A stretch of 64,000 nt of DNA from Chitinophagaceae bacterium UBA1931. Lineage in GTDB: Bacteria > Bacteroidota > Bacteroidia > Chitinophagales > Chitinophagaceae. Of the stretch, positions 29,804 through 38,584 are shown piece after piece. The stretch covers positions 967,342-1,031,341 of the forward strand of contig DDFJ01000001.1 in assembly GCA_002337125.1 (NCBI GenBank), given 5' to 3'. The first letter of the stretch is position 1, and every line of letters starts with the position of its first letter. Under the pieces are notes generated by a model. The model worked only from the letters and a program-made list of their open reading frames with translations, did no database searches and was not told the DNA's origin. Both the position numbers and the translations under genes were made by a program.

Positions 29804-30634
29804 TTAATCATGTAAACTTGTGAGCAATTCATCAAGCTCACTTATTGCCTGTTCGTACTGTTCTTTGTTGGGAACTCCATGATGCCACTTCACTTCATTT
29901 TCCATGAAGCTTACGCCTTTTCCTTTAGTTGTATGCGCAATTACCATCGACGGTTTTCCTTTTTCAAATGGTAGTGCTGCAAATGTTGCCGATAATGCTT
30001 CTACATCATTACCATCAACTTCACGCACTGCCCAGCCAAAAGCTTTCCATTTTTCATCCAGCGGATCAGTATTACACACATCAGCGGTAGGCCCGGTTAT
30101 CTGCAATGTATTCTTATCAACAATAGCGCATAAGTTGTCGAGCTTGTAATGCGCAGCAGATAATGCAGCTTCCCAGTTACTACCTTCAGGCAACTCACCA
30201 TCGCCCATTAATATAAACACCCGGTAATCTTTCTGATCAAGTTTGGCTGCAAGTGCTGTACCTACACAAATAGGCAAACCATGCCCCAACGCTCCGGTGT
30301 TTTGTTCCACACCATTTACTTTACGTGTTGGATGACCAATGTATTTCGATTGGTATTTGCACAGTGTATCCAGATCTTCTTCCGGAAAAAAACCTTTGTC
30401 GGCCAGTACAACATATAAAGCTTCCACACAATGTCCCTTGCTTTGTACGTAACGGTCACGGTCGGGCGATGTAAAGTTTTGTGGCGATACATTCATCACT
30501 TTATTGTACAACACATTCAGGATATCTGTACTCGACAAACTTCCTCCTGTATGCCCGGCTTTGGCACCCACAATGTATTTGAGTATTTTTTTACGGTACC
30601 CGACTGATTTTTTCTTCAGTTCATTTGTATTCAT
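29804..30634 (-). CDS. Transketolase, N-terminal (TPP-binding) subunit of a split enzyme
   Basis: 276 aa with GHTGGSLSSTDIL, GALGHGLPICVG and GDGELPEGSNWEA. Confidence 0.9.
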   Translation of the reverse strand: MNTNELKKKSVGYRKKILKYIVGAKAGHTGGSLSSTDILNVLYNKVMNVSPQNFTSPDRDRYVQSKGHCVEALYVVLADKGFFPEEDLDTLCKYQSKYIGHPTRKVNGVEQNTGALGHGLPICVGTALAAKLDQKDYRVFILMGDGELPEGSNWEAALSAAHYKLDNLCAIVDKNTLQITGPTADVCNTDPLDEKWKAFGWAVREVDGNDVEALSATFAALPFEKGKPSMVIAHTTKGKGVSFMENEVKWHHGVPNKEQYEQAISELDELLTSLHD

Positions 30635-30642
30635 ACCTTATT

Positions 30643-30675
30643 CTCCCACAGATTTCTCAGATTAACACAGATAAG
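30643..30675. repeat. CACAGAT intergenic repeat
   Basis: ctcccacagatttctcagattaacacagataag fills most of the 49-nt gap between the isomerase stop and the transketolase-N start. Confidence 0.7.
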
Positions 30676-30683
30676 TTGAATGA

Positions 30684-32105
30684 TTAAATATGATTGTAGG
30701 TTTCCCAACCTAAATAGTTTTCAAATGCTTCTTTTAAAATGCCTGCTGTTTTGCTTGCATTCATCACTACATGATGTTCAAATCCATTGCGGCAAACATA
30801 TTTCATGAGCCCTTGCAGATCGCTGATCTGTGCAACAGCCCTGTTGCCAAATGTTTTCAATTCATCATTGGTTAATTCGCCTTCACCTACATAAGCTTTG
30901 ATAATGCCTTTGCAATCATCTGTACTGATACGGCCGAAAGTTAATGGCATTGCAGGTGTGCGGCCATCCAAAGCACCATAGGTATTTTCAGTTCCTACTG
31001 TTGTTCCAAGAATCGGAGCAGTACTGATGGTGATATCAGGCAGGAATGATTTAGCCCAGTTACCACAATGGAACAATACGCATTTTGTATCATCATCAGC
31101 ATAGTTATTATTCCAGTCAACCAATGCAGAAGGTGAACCACTTGCAAGCTGCATAGCATACATACTGAGCGTACCGGTTACATCCACTTCGCACGCAGAA
31201 GGCAACATATTTTCACTCATCATGCTCATGCTTGTACAAACATTACAACCATAGTTTTGTTGCAGTGAAGTCCAGCATTGAATAGCAGTTGCATCAAGTG
31301 AATTAGCTGCCATAAAATCAGCCAGCACCACATCTAATTTTGCAATCTGCACTAAACGGTCATTGGGTGTTAAACCAGTGTTGGTATATGCATGAATTTT
31401 TTCCAGCTTCTCTTTTACTGATTTATCCTCTGCGGTTAATTTATTAGCGTTGCCGAGTATTTCACTAAGGTCAACTGTTGTAACTGAAATACCATTGCGC
31501 TGCAAAATTTTTTCGCTGTAACGTACTGTATTGAAAGCTCCTGGTCTTGCACCAACAGCACCAATACGAACTTTACGCATACCTTTTACCACACGACAAA
31601 CAGCCACAAATTCTTTCAGGTCCTTGATAAATGATTCATCTGTTGGACGAACCACATGCTTTGTTGTTAATGAATATTTGATACCAAACTGGTACAGGTT
31701 ATTGCAGACAGAAATTTTTCCGCACCATGCATCTCTCCTGTTCACCACATCCAGTTTGCCCAAATCATCAGGATAACCCTGGATGAGCACCGGTACATTC
31801 AGCCCCGACCATTTAATGGTTTCAGCAACACCTTTCTCATCACCAAAATTTGGAAGTACCACAAGAATACCATCAATCTGTTCTGCATGTTGCTTAAACA
31901 ACTCTGCACATTTCTGTGCTTCAGCAAATGTTTCCACACCGCCAAGTTTTGTATCCGCATCACTTAACATGATGGGTGTAATGCCCAGCTTCGTAAAAAG
32001 ATCCAGTATTTCTGTTCTTGCTTCTGAAACTAATTTATCAGGAAAAAAATCCCTGTTACCAATGATCACTCCTAATGTGGACTGCTTGTAATGATTTGTG
32101 CTCAT
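30684..32105 (-). CDS. L-fucose/L-arabinose isomerase-superfamily sugar isomerase (about 470-aa subfamily)
   Basis: 473 aa with N-terminus LGVIIGNRDFFPDKLVSEAR and C-terminus FGRISTDD...GFEHHVVMN, typical of COG2407-type isomerases. Confidence 0.75.
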   Translation of the reverse strand: MSTNHYKQSTLGVIIGNRDFFPDKLVSEARTEILDLFTKLGITPIMLSDADTKLGGVETFAEAQKCAELFKQHAEQIDGILVVLPNFGDEKGVAETIKWSGLNVPVLIQGYPDDLGKLDVVNRRDAWCGKISVCNNLYQFGIKYSLTTKHVVRPTDESFIKDLKEFVAVCRVVKGMRKVRIGAVGARPGAFNTVRYSEKILQRNGISVTTVDLSEILGNANKLTAEDKSVKEKLEKIHAYTNTGLTPNDRLVQIAKLDVVLADFMAANSLDATAIQCWTSLQQNYGCNVCTSMSMMSENMLPSACEVDVTGTLSMYAMQLASGSPSALVDWNNNYADDDTKCVLFHCGNWAKSFLPDITISTAPILGTTVGTENTYGALDGRTPAMPLTFGRISTDDCKGIIKAYVGEGELTNDELKTFGNRAVAQISDLQGLMKYVCRNGFEHHVVMNASKTAGILKEAFENYLGWETYNHI

Positions 32106-32404
32106 AATATTAATTCTGAAAGTGACTAAATAAGTCTGTCATTGACAATTGATGATATTTTTTTGAATGAAACAAGAATACAATATTCGCCAATATTGAA
32201 TTTGCAAATACGATTAGTTCGCTAAAAGCAACATTAATTTTACAGGAAAGAAATAATGTAAAAAGCTGTCTTGCCGGCAACCGTTTCATTAGTAATAATT
32301 TTTCTGCAGACGAAAATTCTGACCAATAAAAGTACGCTTGCTATACCCCTGAAAAATGTGAGGTATCACTAAAAAGATGGAAAATATTACTATTTACGAA
32401 AAGC

Positions 32405-34633
32405 TTACTCCTGGAACACTTTTTTGAGATAGGCTGTATTGGCACCATAATTATACTTGGTGTCAGTTGGTTTTTTGGCATCACGGCTGCGTTCAATTAC
32501 CAGCCATCCGCTCCAACCCATTTCATCCAGTGTCTTTTTCACTTTGTACATATCGATCTGCGGATCGTTCTGCAGCCACACACTGTCTTTGTTGGTGGCA
32601 TGAATCATACTGATGCGGTCTTTGCCTAAAATTTTTAATTCGCTGATGAGATCCCTTCCTTCTTTTAACGGGTTGGAAAAGTTGAAATAGATTTTGATAT
32701 TGGGAGAACCGATTTCTTTCAGCAGCTGTACTTCTTCTTTTGCATTCAATGATGTTTCAATGCTGATGATGACACCTGCAGCTTCAGCCATTTTACCCAC
32801 CACTTTCAAACGGGCAACAACAGAATCACGAACGGAAGGATTTTTTTTGATATCACATTGCACACCTAATGGAAGGAAACCATATTTCACATTCATCAGC
32901 TTCATGGTTTTGATACAGTCTTCAATACTGCGGATGTATTCTTCTCTTCCGCAAAACGATTGTGCATAATAACCCGTCATTGCAAGACAAAAGATTTCAA
33001 CTTTATTTTCCTTTGCAGTTTTCAGGAATTGATTGCGCACAGTATCATTCAGCAACTGGTTATCAAATGTTGGTCTTGTGCCAAGTCCGCCCATATCAAC
33101 TTCTACACCATCAGCTTTTAGTTGAGCAGTTAATGTAATAGCACCAAGCTTTTGACGCTTGAGCAGCATCAGGTCAATCAAACCAATTTTATAGCGTTGA
33201 TTAGTTCTTGCCTTTTCAATTTCTTCAGCAAATACACGTTCAAGATTTTCAAATCCATGAATAGCATTAGCAGGAAGCTTTTCACCATTATCTCCAAACA
33301 CATACAAACTCTTTTCAGGTTCGATCGTGATTTTTGATTCATCTATTTTTCCTTCTGCATCCTGTACTGCTTTCAAATTCAGGTTAAGGTATTTTGCCAT
33401 GAAATTGTAAACAGCAATACGTTTATTAATTCCGAAATCATGTTTTTCTTCAGGCAAATGCACATTCGATACATTTTCCTGTTTGCCATACCAGCTATAC
33501 ATTTTCTGCAGGTAAAGAAAATCATGTTCAGGCATACGGTCTGTCCAATCACCTCCATCACTTACAATCAATTGCGGACGTGGCGCTGCCATTGCTGCCA
33601 GTTCCACATTATCTGTTCTTCCACCACAACTGTGAATATCCATTCCACTTTCACAAGGGCAACCACCATAGAAATAGGATGAAAGAGAAACAACAGGTGC
33701 AGAAAATTTAATGCGATCATCTAATGCAGTCATCAACACAGTATGACTTCCTGCTCCTGAACCACCGGTCATTGCAACACGACTTGTATCTGCATCTTTT
33801 TGTGACAGTAAATAATCAAGAATACGAATGCTTCCCAATGCCTGGATGGTCATTGATAAACTTCTGCGATGATCTTCGGGTTTAAACTGCAACAACGATT
33901 CGCCCCATGCAAACAAATCATAACTGAAAGCCATTGCTCCCATTTTTGCCAATGCTGCACAACGGTACTGGCAATCGGCACGGTAACGTTGTTTTTCCCA
34001 ATGACCATCTGGATTTAATATCACCGGAATTTTTCCTTTATACTTCAACGGTTTGTATAATGAACCATTCACCCACAAGCCGGGTAAAATTTCAATCGCA
34101 ATATTTTCAACTGTATAACCATCAAATACACGTTTGGGCGTAATGATTGGTTTGCTGTTGGGCGATGCAGGAAGATGTGTTAGTTGCAATGCTTCTTTTA
34201 AACAAGGCTTCAGATCCTGTTTACGTTTTTCCCATTCATCCAATGTTTTGTATTGTGCTGCAATACGGTCTAACTCTGCCCAGCCATCTTCAACAGACCA
34301 GCGGTAATATTCATACACACTGAGTTTATACTGTTTATCTTTTTCTTTCTTTGCTTTCAGTTCAAGCGGCTTCAGGATATTATCCAGTGTTACTTCCACA
34401 TCAGGCCTGTATTTCCATTCTGCATAAGTTACCTTTTTATTCACAACCATACTATCAGCATACTTGATCGTGATGCCATACTTTTTCTGTACATCATTCA
34501 ATATTTCTTTTAATGGTTTGACGTATTGATTGTCTGTATTCAATTGTGAAAATGAATTAAACCACAACGACACAAAAACACAAAGAAGCAGAATTGTTTT
34601 TTTACCCGATTGAAATGATCTTACCAATTGCAT
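32405..34633 (-). CDS. Secreted fusion protein: N-terminal alpha/beta-hydrolase (esterase-like) domain plus C-terminal xylose-isomerase-like TIM-barrel (sugar phosphate isomerase/epimerase) domain
   Basis: 742 aa with a signal peptide (ILLLCVFVSLWFNSFSQ). The hydrolase core has VAMTGGSGAGSH as nucleophile-elbow variant. From about residue 490, IGLIDLM...VEIFCLAMTG...VIISIETS...WSGWLVIERS matches AP_endonuc_2-type TIM barrels. Confidence 0.7.
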   Translation of the reverse strand: MQLVRSFQSGKKTILLLCVFVSLWFNSFSQLNTDNQYVKPLKEILNDVQKKYGITIKYADSMVVNKKVTYAEWKYRPDVEVTLDNILKPLELKAKKEKDKQYKLSVYEYYRWSVEDGWAELDRIAAQYKTLDEWEKRKQDLKPCLKEALQLTHLPASPNSKPIITPKRVFDGYTVENIAIEILPGLWVNGSLYKPLKYKGKIPVILNPDGHWEKQRYRADCQYRCAALAKMGAMAFSYDLFAWGESLLQFKPEDHRRSLSMTIQALGSIRILDYLLSQKDADTSRVAMTGGSGAGSHTVLMTALDDRIKFSAPVVSLSSYFYGGCPCESGMDIHSCGGRTDNVELAAMAAPRPQLIVSDGGDWTDRMPEHDFLYLQKMYSWYGKQENVSNVHLPEEKHDFGINKRIAVYNFMAKYLNLNLKAVQDAEGKIDESKITIEPEKSLYVFGDNGEKLPANAIHGFENLERVFAEEIEKARTNQRYKIGLIDLMLLKRQKLGAITLTAQLKADGVEVDMGGLGTRPTFDNQLLNDTVRNQFLKTAKENKVEIFCLAMTGYYAQSFCGREEYIRSIEDCIKTMKLMNVKYGFLPLGVQCDIKKNPSVRDSVVARLKVVGKMAEAAGVIISIETSLNAKEEVQLLKEIGSPNIKIYFNFSNPLKEGRDLISELKILGKDRISMIHATNKDSVWLQNDPQIDMYKVKKTLDEMGWSGWLVIERSRDAKKPTDTKYNYGANTAYLKKVFQE

Positions 34634-34647
34634 AATGAATGATTTTA

Positions 34648-36216
34648 TTATTCAGCAGAATAAATGACCTGACTTTTTTTACGTAACTCCTTCCAGCCAC
34701 TGATCAGCAAATTTCTATCCACTTCCTGTTTTGGAAAGAACAGGCTGGTGACATAACCGATCACCACAACTACAAGATGACTGTACACACCCAGCATTAA
34801 TTTATGTTGTTTGAAATTATAATTGCCCAGGTCAAGCAGCAAACGTTTTTCATTACCCAAACCAATTTTAGTAGATGTAAGCAATGCATACGCAGTGAAA
34901 ATAATACAGGCAATAATCCCGATTGTTACACCTTGCTTATTTGCTCTTGAACTGAATAGGCCTAAAAGAAATATTCCAGCAATACCACCGGAGAAGATTG
35001 CATACAATGTAAACACAATGCCCAATACACCTTCATCACCAGCAAGCAGATACAAAGCACCAATAGCAACAGCTAAAAAGCCAGCAATAAATACGAGCCA
35101 CTTACCCACTTTCAGGTATTCTTCATCTGTGCGTCCGGGACGGATTTTCTTGTAATAATCTTCCACACCAACTGCAGCAATACAATTTAAATCAGCACCA
35201 AGACTGCAGATAGCTGCAGATACCAGCGATGATAAAATCAAACCAACAACACCGGGCGGCAATTGTGATACGATGAAATGCGGGAACACAGCATCAGCCC
35301 TGATACCAGCAGGTAAAGGGTTCTGTTGATAAAACACAAACAAACCTGTGCCGATAAACATAAACAAAGCCCATACAGGAACAATTAAAAAAACACCCAT
35401 CAATGCGGCTTTGATTGCAGAACGATCTGACTTTGCTGTTAAATAACGTTGCACGATTGTCTGGTCAGTTCCGTATTTCTGGATGGCATAAAATATTCCG
35501 TTGATAGCCATTACCCAGAAGGAAAGTTTTGTAAAATTGAAATTATAAGGTCCGAAGCCGGTATGTTTATTTTCACTGGCAATTTTCCATACTTCAGCAG
35601 GCCCGCCATTAACAGAAAACAAAATAATGGCAAGACAGGCAATGCCACAGGCAAACAACATAAAACCCTGCAGTACATCCAGCCATATCACCGCTTCAAT
35701 TCCTCCCAGCAATGCAAGCACAATAATCGCTATTCCGATAATAAACAGGATGATCAATGTATTTACTCCCGTCATGTTTGACAAGGCTAACGATACAAGA
35801 AAAAACACCGTTCCCATTTTTGAAAAATGCGACAACACAAAACTGGTGGAACTATAGTATCGTGCAAACAAACCAAAACGCTTTTCAAAATATTCGTAAG
35901 TACTTAAACCAATTGCATGACGGAACAACGGAACCACAAACCAGATTAAACTCAGCAACACAATCGGCACCATCAAACCCTGCACCAGCAAAATCCAGTT
36001 CGATGAAAAACCTTCGCCGGGATAAGCAAGAAAAGTAATACTGCTGATGAGTGTTGCAAGTATGGACAAACCAATTGCCCATGAAGGCATTTTTCCTTTT
36101 GCAAGAAAATAACTGGAAGTTGATTTCTGTTTATGTGCAAAGCTGAAACCGAGGTACAGCACAATGCTGATGAAACTGAAAATAATAATGTAATCAATGA
36201 TGTGTAAATGATTCAT
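34648..36216 (-). CDS. Sodium:solute symporter (SSS family)
   Basis: 522-aa polytopic protein with FLAKGKMPSWAIGLSILATLISSITFLAYPG, typical of the SSF family. Confidence 0.9.
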   Translation of the reverse strand: MNHLHIIDYIIIFSFISIVLYLGFSFAHKQKSTSSYFLAKGKMPSWAIGLSILATLISSITFLAYPGEGFSSNWILLVQGLMVPIVLLSLIWFVVPLFRHAIGLSTYEYFEKRFGLFARYYSSTSFVLSHFSKMGTVFFLVSLALSNMTGVNTLIILFIIGIAIIVLALLGGIEAVIWLDVLQGFMLFACGIACLAIILFSVNGGPAEVWKIASENKHTGFGPYNFNFTKLSFWVMAINGIFYAIQKYGTDQTIVQRYLTAKSDRSAIKAALMGVFLIVPVWALFMFIGTGLFVFYQQNPLPAGIRADAVFPHFIVSQLPPGVVGLILSSLVSAAICSLGADLNCIAAVGVEDYYKKIRPGRTDEEYLKVGKWLVFIAGFLAVAIGALYLLAGDEGVLGIVFTLYAIFSGGIAGIFLLGLFSSRANKQGVTIGIIACIIFTAYALLTSTKIGLGNEKRLLLDLGNYNFKQHKLMLGVYSHLVVVVIGYVTSLFFPKQEVDRNLLISGWKELRKKSQVIYSAE

Positions 36217-36231
36217 ACAATCGTTTTTTAT

Positions 36232-36290
36232 CTCTCACAGATTTCTCTGATTAACACAGAAAAAAAATCTGTGAACATCTGTGCAACCTG
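36232..36290. repeat. CACAGAT intergenic repeat, extended copy with inverted units
   Basis: ctctcacagatttctctgattaacacagaaaaaaaatctgtgaacatctgtgcaacctg. The cacaga-A7-tctgtg part can form a hairpin. It occupies the 80-nt gap between the DUF1537 kinase stop and the SSS start. Confidence 0.7.
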
Positions 36291-36296
36291 TAAACT

Positions 36297-37415
36297 CTAT
36301 TCAAATATCTTTTTAACTTCTTCTGCCAATGGATAACTGCCGGGCTTTACAGTAATAAACCATCCACCTGCTTTCATCCGCACCACACCCCTGCTAAATT
36401 CATTTACTGGAATGAGCTGATGAATATTCATTTCATGAAACAAAGCCATAGCTGAAGAACCACCTTCAACCAATACTTCTTTCACCTGGTTTTGTTGCAG
36501 CAGTTTCTTTACCACTTTCGCCATTACAGAACGCAGTGTTACCGCTGTTATTCCTGCAGGGATTTGTGCTGCATCAAAACCAACAATGATTTTCTGTTCA
36601 CTGTTAATCATCTCTTTGCAATGCAAAAACCACTGCTCATCTTCTTCACCAGCTATCAGCTTTTCGCTGAGGTATGCAACCAGCTGCTTTTTTTCAGCAA
36701 CAGCTTTTACATAATTCACCGACTGATCATAGGCTGTGCCACACACATACATAAAAGGTGCTTGCAACTGTAGCTGCTGCTGATTTTTTTGCTGAAACTT
36801 TTTTGCAAGAAGAGCTGTATAAAAATCACCTGCACCTGCAAGTACAAAAGCTGAATCAACTTTATCAGCCCATTGCTTCACATCAGCTTCAGTAGATGCT
36901 TCTCCAACAAAAATTTTATCGGCAGACAATTCATCTGTCGATTTCACAACTGCAACAGATGCATCATTCAATATCTGTTCAACAAGCGAACTCTTTGCAG
37001 GAAATTCAGGATCGGCTGCAAAACCTGTTTCCGCAACAGGCACACCCTGCACATAATAAATTCCGTTGCTGATGATTCTTCCCAATGAAGGATTCGCAGG
37101 TAGTACAAATGCTTTTGTTAATCCTGCAAGCCTCATCTGCAGTTTCAGTTCTTCTGTAACATAACCACGCAGAACCGAATCAATTTTTTTATAAATGAAA
37201 ACAGGTTTTAATTCCAGCAACTGTTTTAAAACCGTTGAAGTAATTTCTAAAGCTTTTTCTTTTTCAAACGAACGGCTGTCGGTTGATACAATCAGCACAT
37301 CAGCTGTTGTTGCAGCAACATCACCTGTACATAGTTCAGCTGTCAGTCCGTAACGCAGACTGATACCAGCTAACTCTGCTGCACCTGTAAAATCATCTGC
37401 AATAACGGCTATCAT
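36297..37415 (-). CDS. Four-carbon acid-sugar kinase (DUF1537 family; DtnK/DenK/OtnK-like)
   Basis: 372 aa. The N-terminus IAVIADDFTGAAELAGI is the hallmark DUF1537 motif. Its start directly abuts the PdxA-family gene (37415/37416). Confidence 0.85.
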   Translation of the reverse strand: MIAVIADDFTGAAELAGISLRYGLTAELCTGDVAATTADVLIVSTDSRSFEKEKALEITSTVLKQLLELKPVFIYKKIDSVLRGYVTEELKLQMRLAGLTKAFVLPANPSLGRIISNGIYYVQGVPVAETGFAADPEFPAKSSLVEQILNDASVAVVKSTDELSADKIFVGEASTEADVKQWADKVDSAFVLAGAGDFYTALLAKKFQQKNQQQLQLQAPFMYVCGTAYDQSVNYVKAVAEKKQLVAYLSEKLIAGEEDEQWFLHCKEMINSEQKIIVGFDAAQIPAGITAVTLRSVMAKVVKKLLQQNQVKEVLVEGGSSAMALFHEMNIHQLIPVNEFSRGVVRMKAGGWFITVKPGSYPLAEEVKKIFE

Positions 37416-38441
37416 TTATTTATGCTTTGACAGTTGTACCGCACTTTCAATTGCAAATATCATTGCATCTGCACTGGCAATTCCTTTTCCAGCAATTTCA
37501 AATGCAGTTCCATGATCAACTGATGTGCGTATAATTGGAAGACCTAATGTAATGTTCACACCTTTCACACTATCCATCTGTTGTTTTTCTGCATTCCATT
37601 TAAAGCCTGCAAGTTTAAACGGTATATGCCCCTGGTCGTGATACATTGCTACCACACCACCATATGCACCCATTGCTGCTTTTGCAAACATGGTATCAGG
37701 CGGCACAGGTCCTTCTACATCATAACCCAAACGTTTTGCTTCTTCAATTGCAGGAGCAATCTCTTCAATATCTTCTGTACCAAACAAACCATTATCACCC
37801 GAATGAGGATTCAATCCGGCAACACCAATTTTTAAATTTGTTTTTCCCAAACGTTTTAATCCATCAACAATCAGTTCTATTACCTGCACAATACGTTCCT
37901 TCTTCACCAGGTCGCAAGCCTGTCTCAGCGATACATGCGTACTTACATGAATCACATTGATATTATCTTCCACCAGCAGCATTGCATATTTTTTTGTATT
38001 GGTGAAATGCGCATAAATTTCTGTGTGACCTGCAAAATGATGACCTGCTTCGTTGATTGATTTTTTGTTGATTGGTCCTGTAACAGTTCCATCAACTTCA
38101 TTTGCCAGCGCCAGTTCAATTGCTTTTTTCACAGCCTGGAAAGACGCTTCACCACACATAGCATCAATTTTACCAAACTGCAATTTGCTGATGTCAGTAA
38201 TATTCAAATCAAACACATCAATTGTACCCAACTCAAATTTTGCATCAGCTACTTTTGAAACAGCATTCACTTTTGCATTGAGATGAAGCAGATCAATAAT
38301 CTGCTGAAACACCACAGCATCACCAACAAGCAATGGCTTGCAGATTTCATGAATATGCGGTTGCAATAATGCTTTCACTCCTATTTCCGGCCCTATACTT
38401 GCCGGATCACCCATTGTAATTGCGAGAATTGGTTTACTCAT
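37416..38441 (-). CDS. pdxA2: PdxA-family NAD-dependent 4-phospho-acid-sugar dehydrogenase (decarboxylating), PdxA2-type
   Basis: 341 aa with ILAITMGDPASIGPEI, GLNPHSGDNGLFG and YHDQGHIPFK. Pairing with a DUF1537 kinase is the PdxA2 context. Confidence 0.85.
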   Translation of the reverse strand: MSKPILAITMGDPASIGPEIGVKALLQPHIHEICKPLLVGDAVVFQQIIDLLHLNAKVNAVSKVADAKFELGTIDVFDLNITDISKLQFGKIDAMCGEASFQAVKKAIELALANEVDGTVTGPINKKSINEAGHHFAGHTEIYAHFTNTKKYAMLLVEDNINVIHVSTHVSLRQACDLVKKERIVQVIELIVDGLKRLGKTNLKIGVAGLNPHSGDNGLFGTEDIEEIAPAIEEAKRLGYDVEGPVPPDTMFAKAAMGAYGGVVAMYHDQGHIPFKLAGFKWNAEKQQMDSVKGVNITLGLPIIRTSVDHGTAFEIAGKGIASADAMIFAIESAVQLSKHK

Positions 38442-38542
38442 TTCGTCTTTATTTTTAAAACCCCGTCAGCGATTGAAAACCTTGATGGCGGTTTATATCT
38501 TATTATTTTTTGTAATCAGCTTTTGTGCTTCTTAATTACTCC

Positions 38543-38559
38543 TGTTGCGTCGCACACTT
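38543..38559. repeat. Copy A of the conserved 17-mer TGTTGCGTCGCACACTT
   Basis: Exact 17/17 match with 58692-58708. Both copies lie in intergenic gaps of minus-strand operons. The core TGCGTCGCA is palindromic. Confidence 0.6.
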
Positions 38560-38584
38560 GTACGGCAATAACTCTATTCAACTT

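Noticed and set aside
32271-32280. 10-bp palindrome ttgccggcaa in the 299-nt gap upstream of the isomerase gene, considered as a possible operator or terminator.
   Set aside because: The half-site is only 5 bp, there is no loop for a hairpin and no adjacent T-tract. Chance occurrence is expected.
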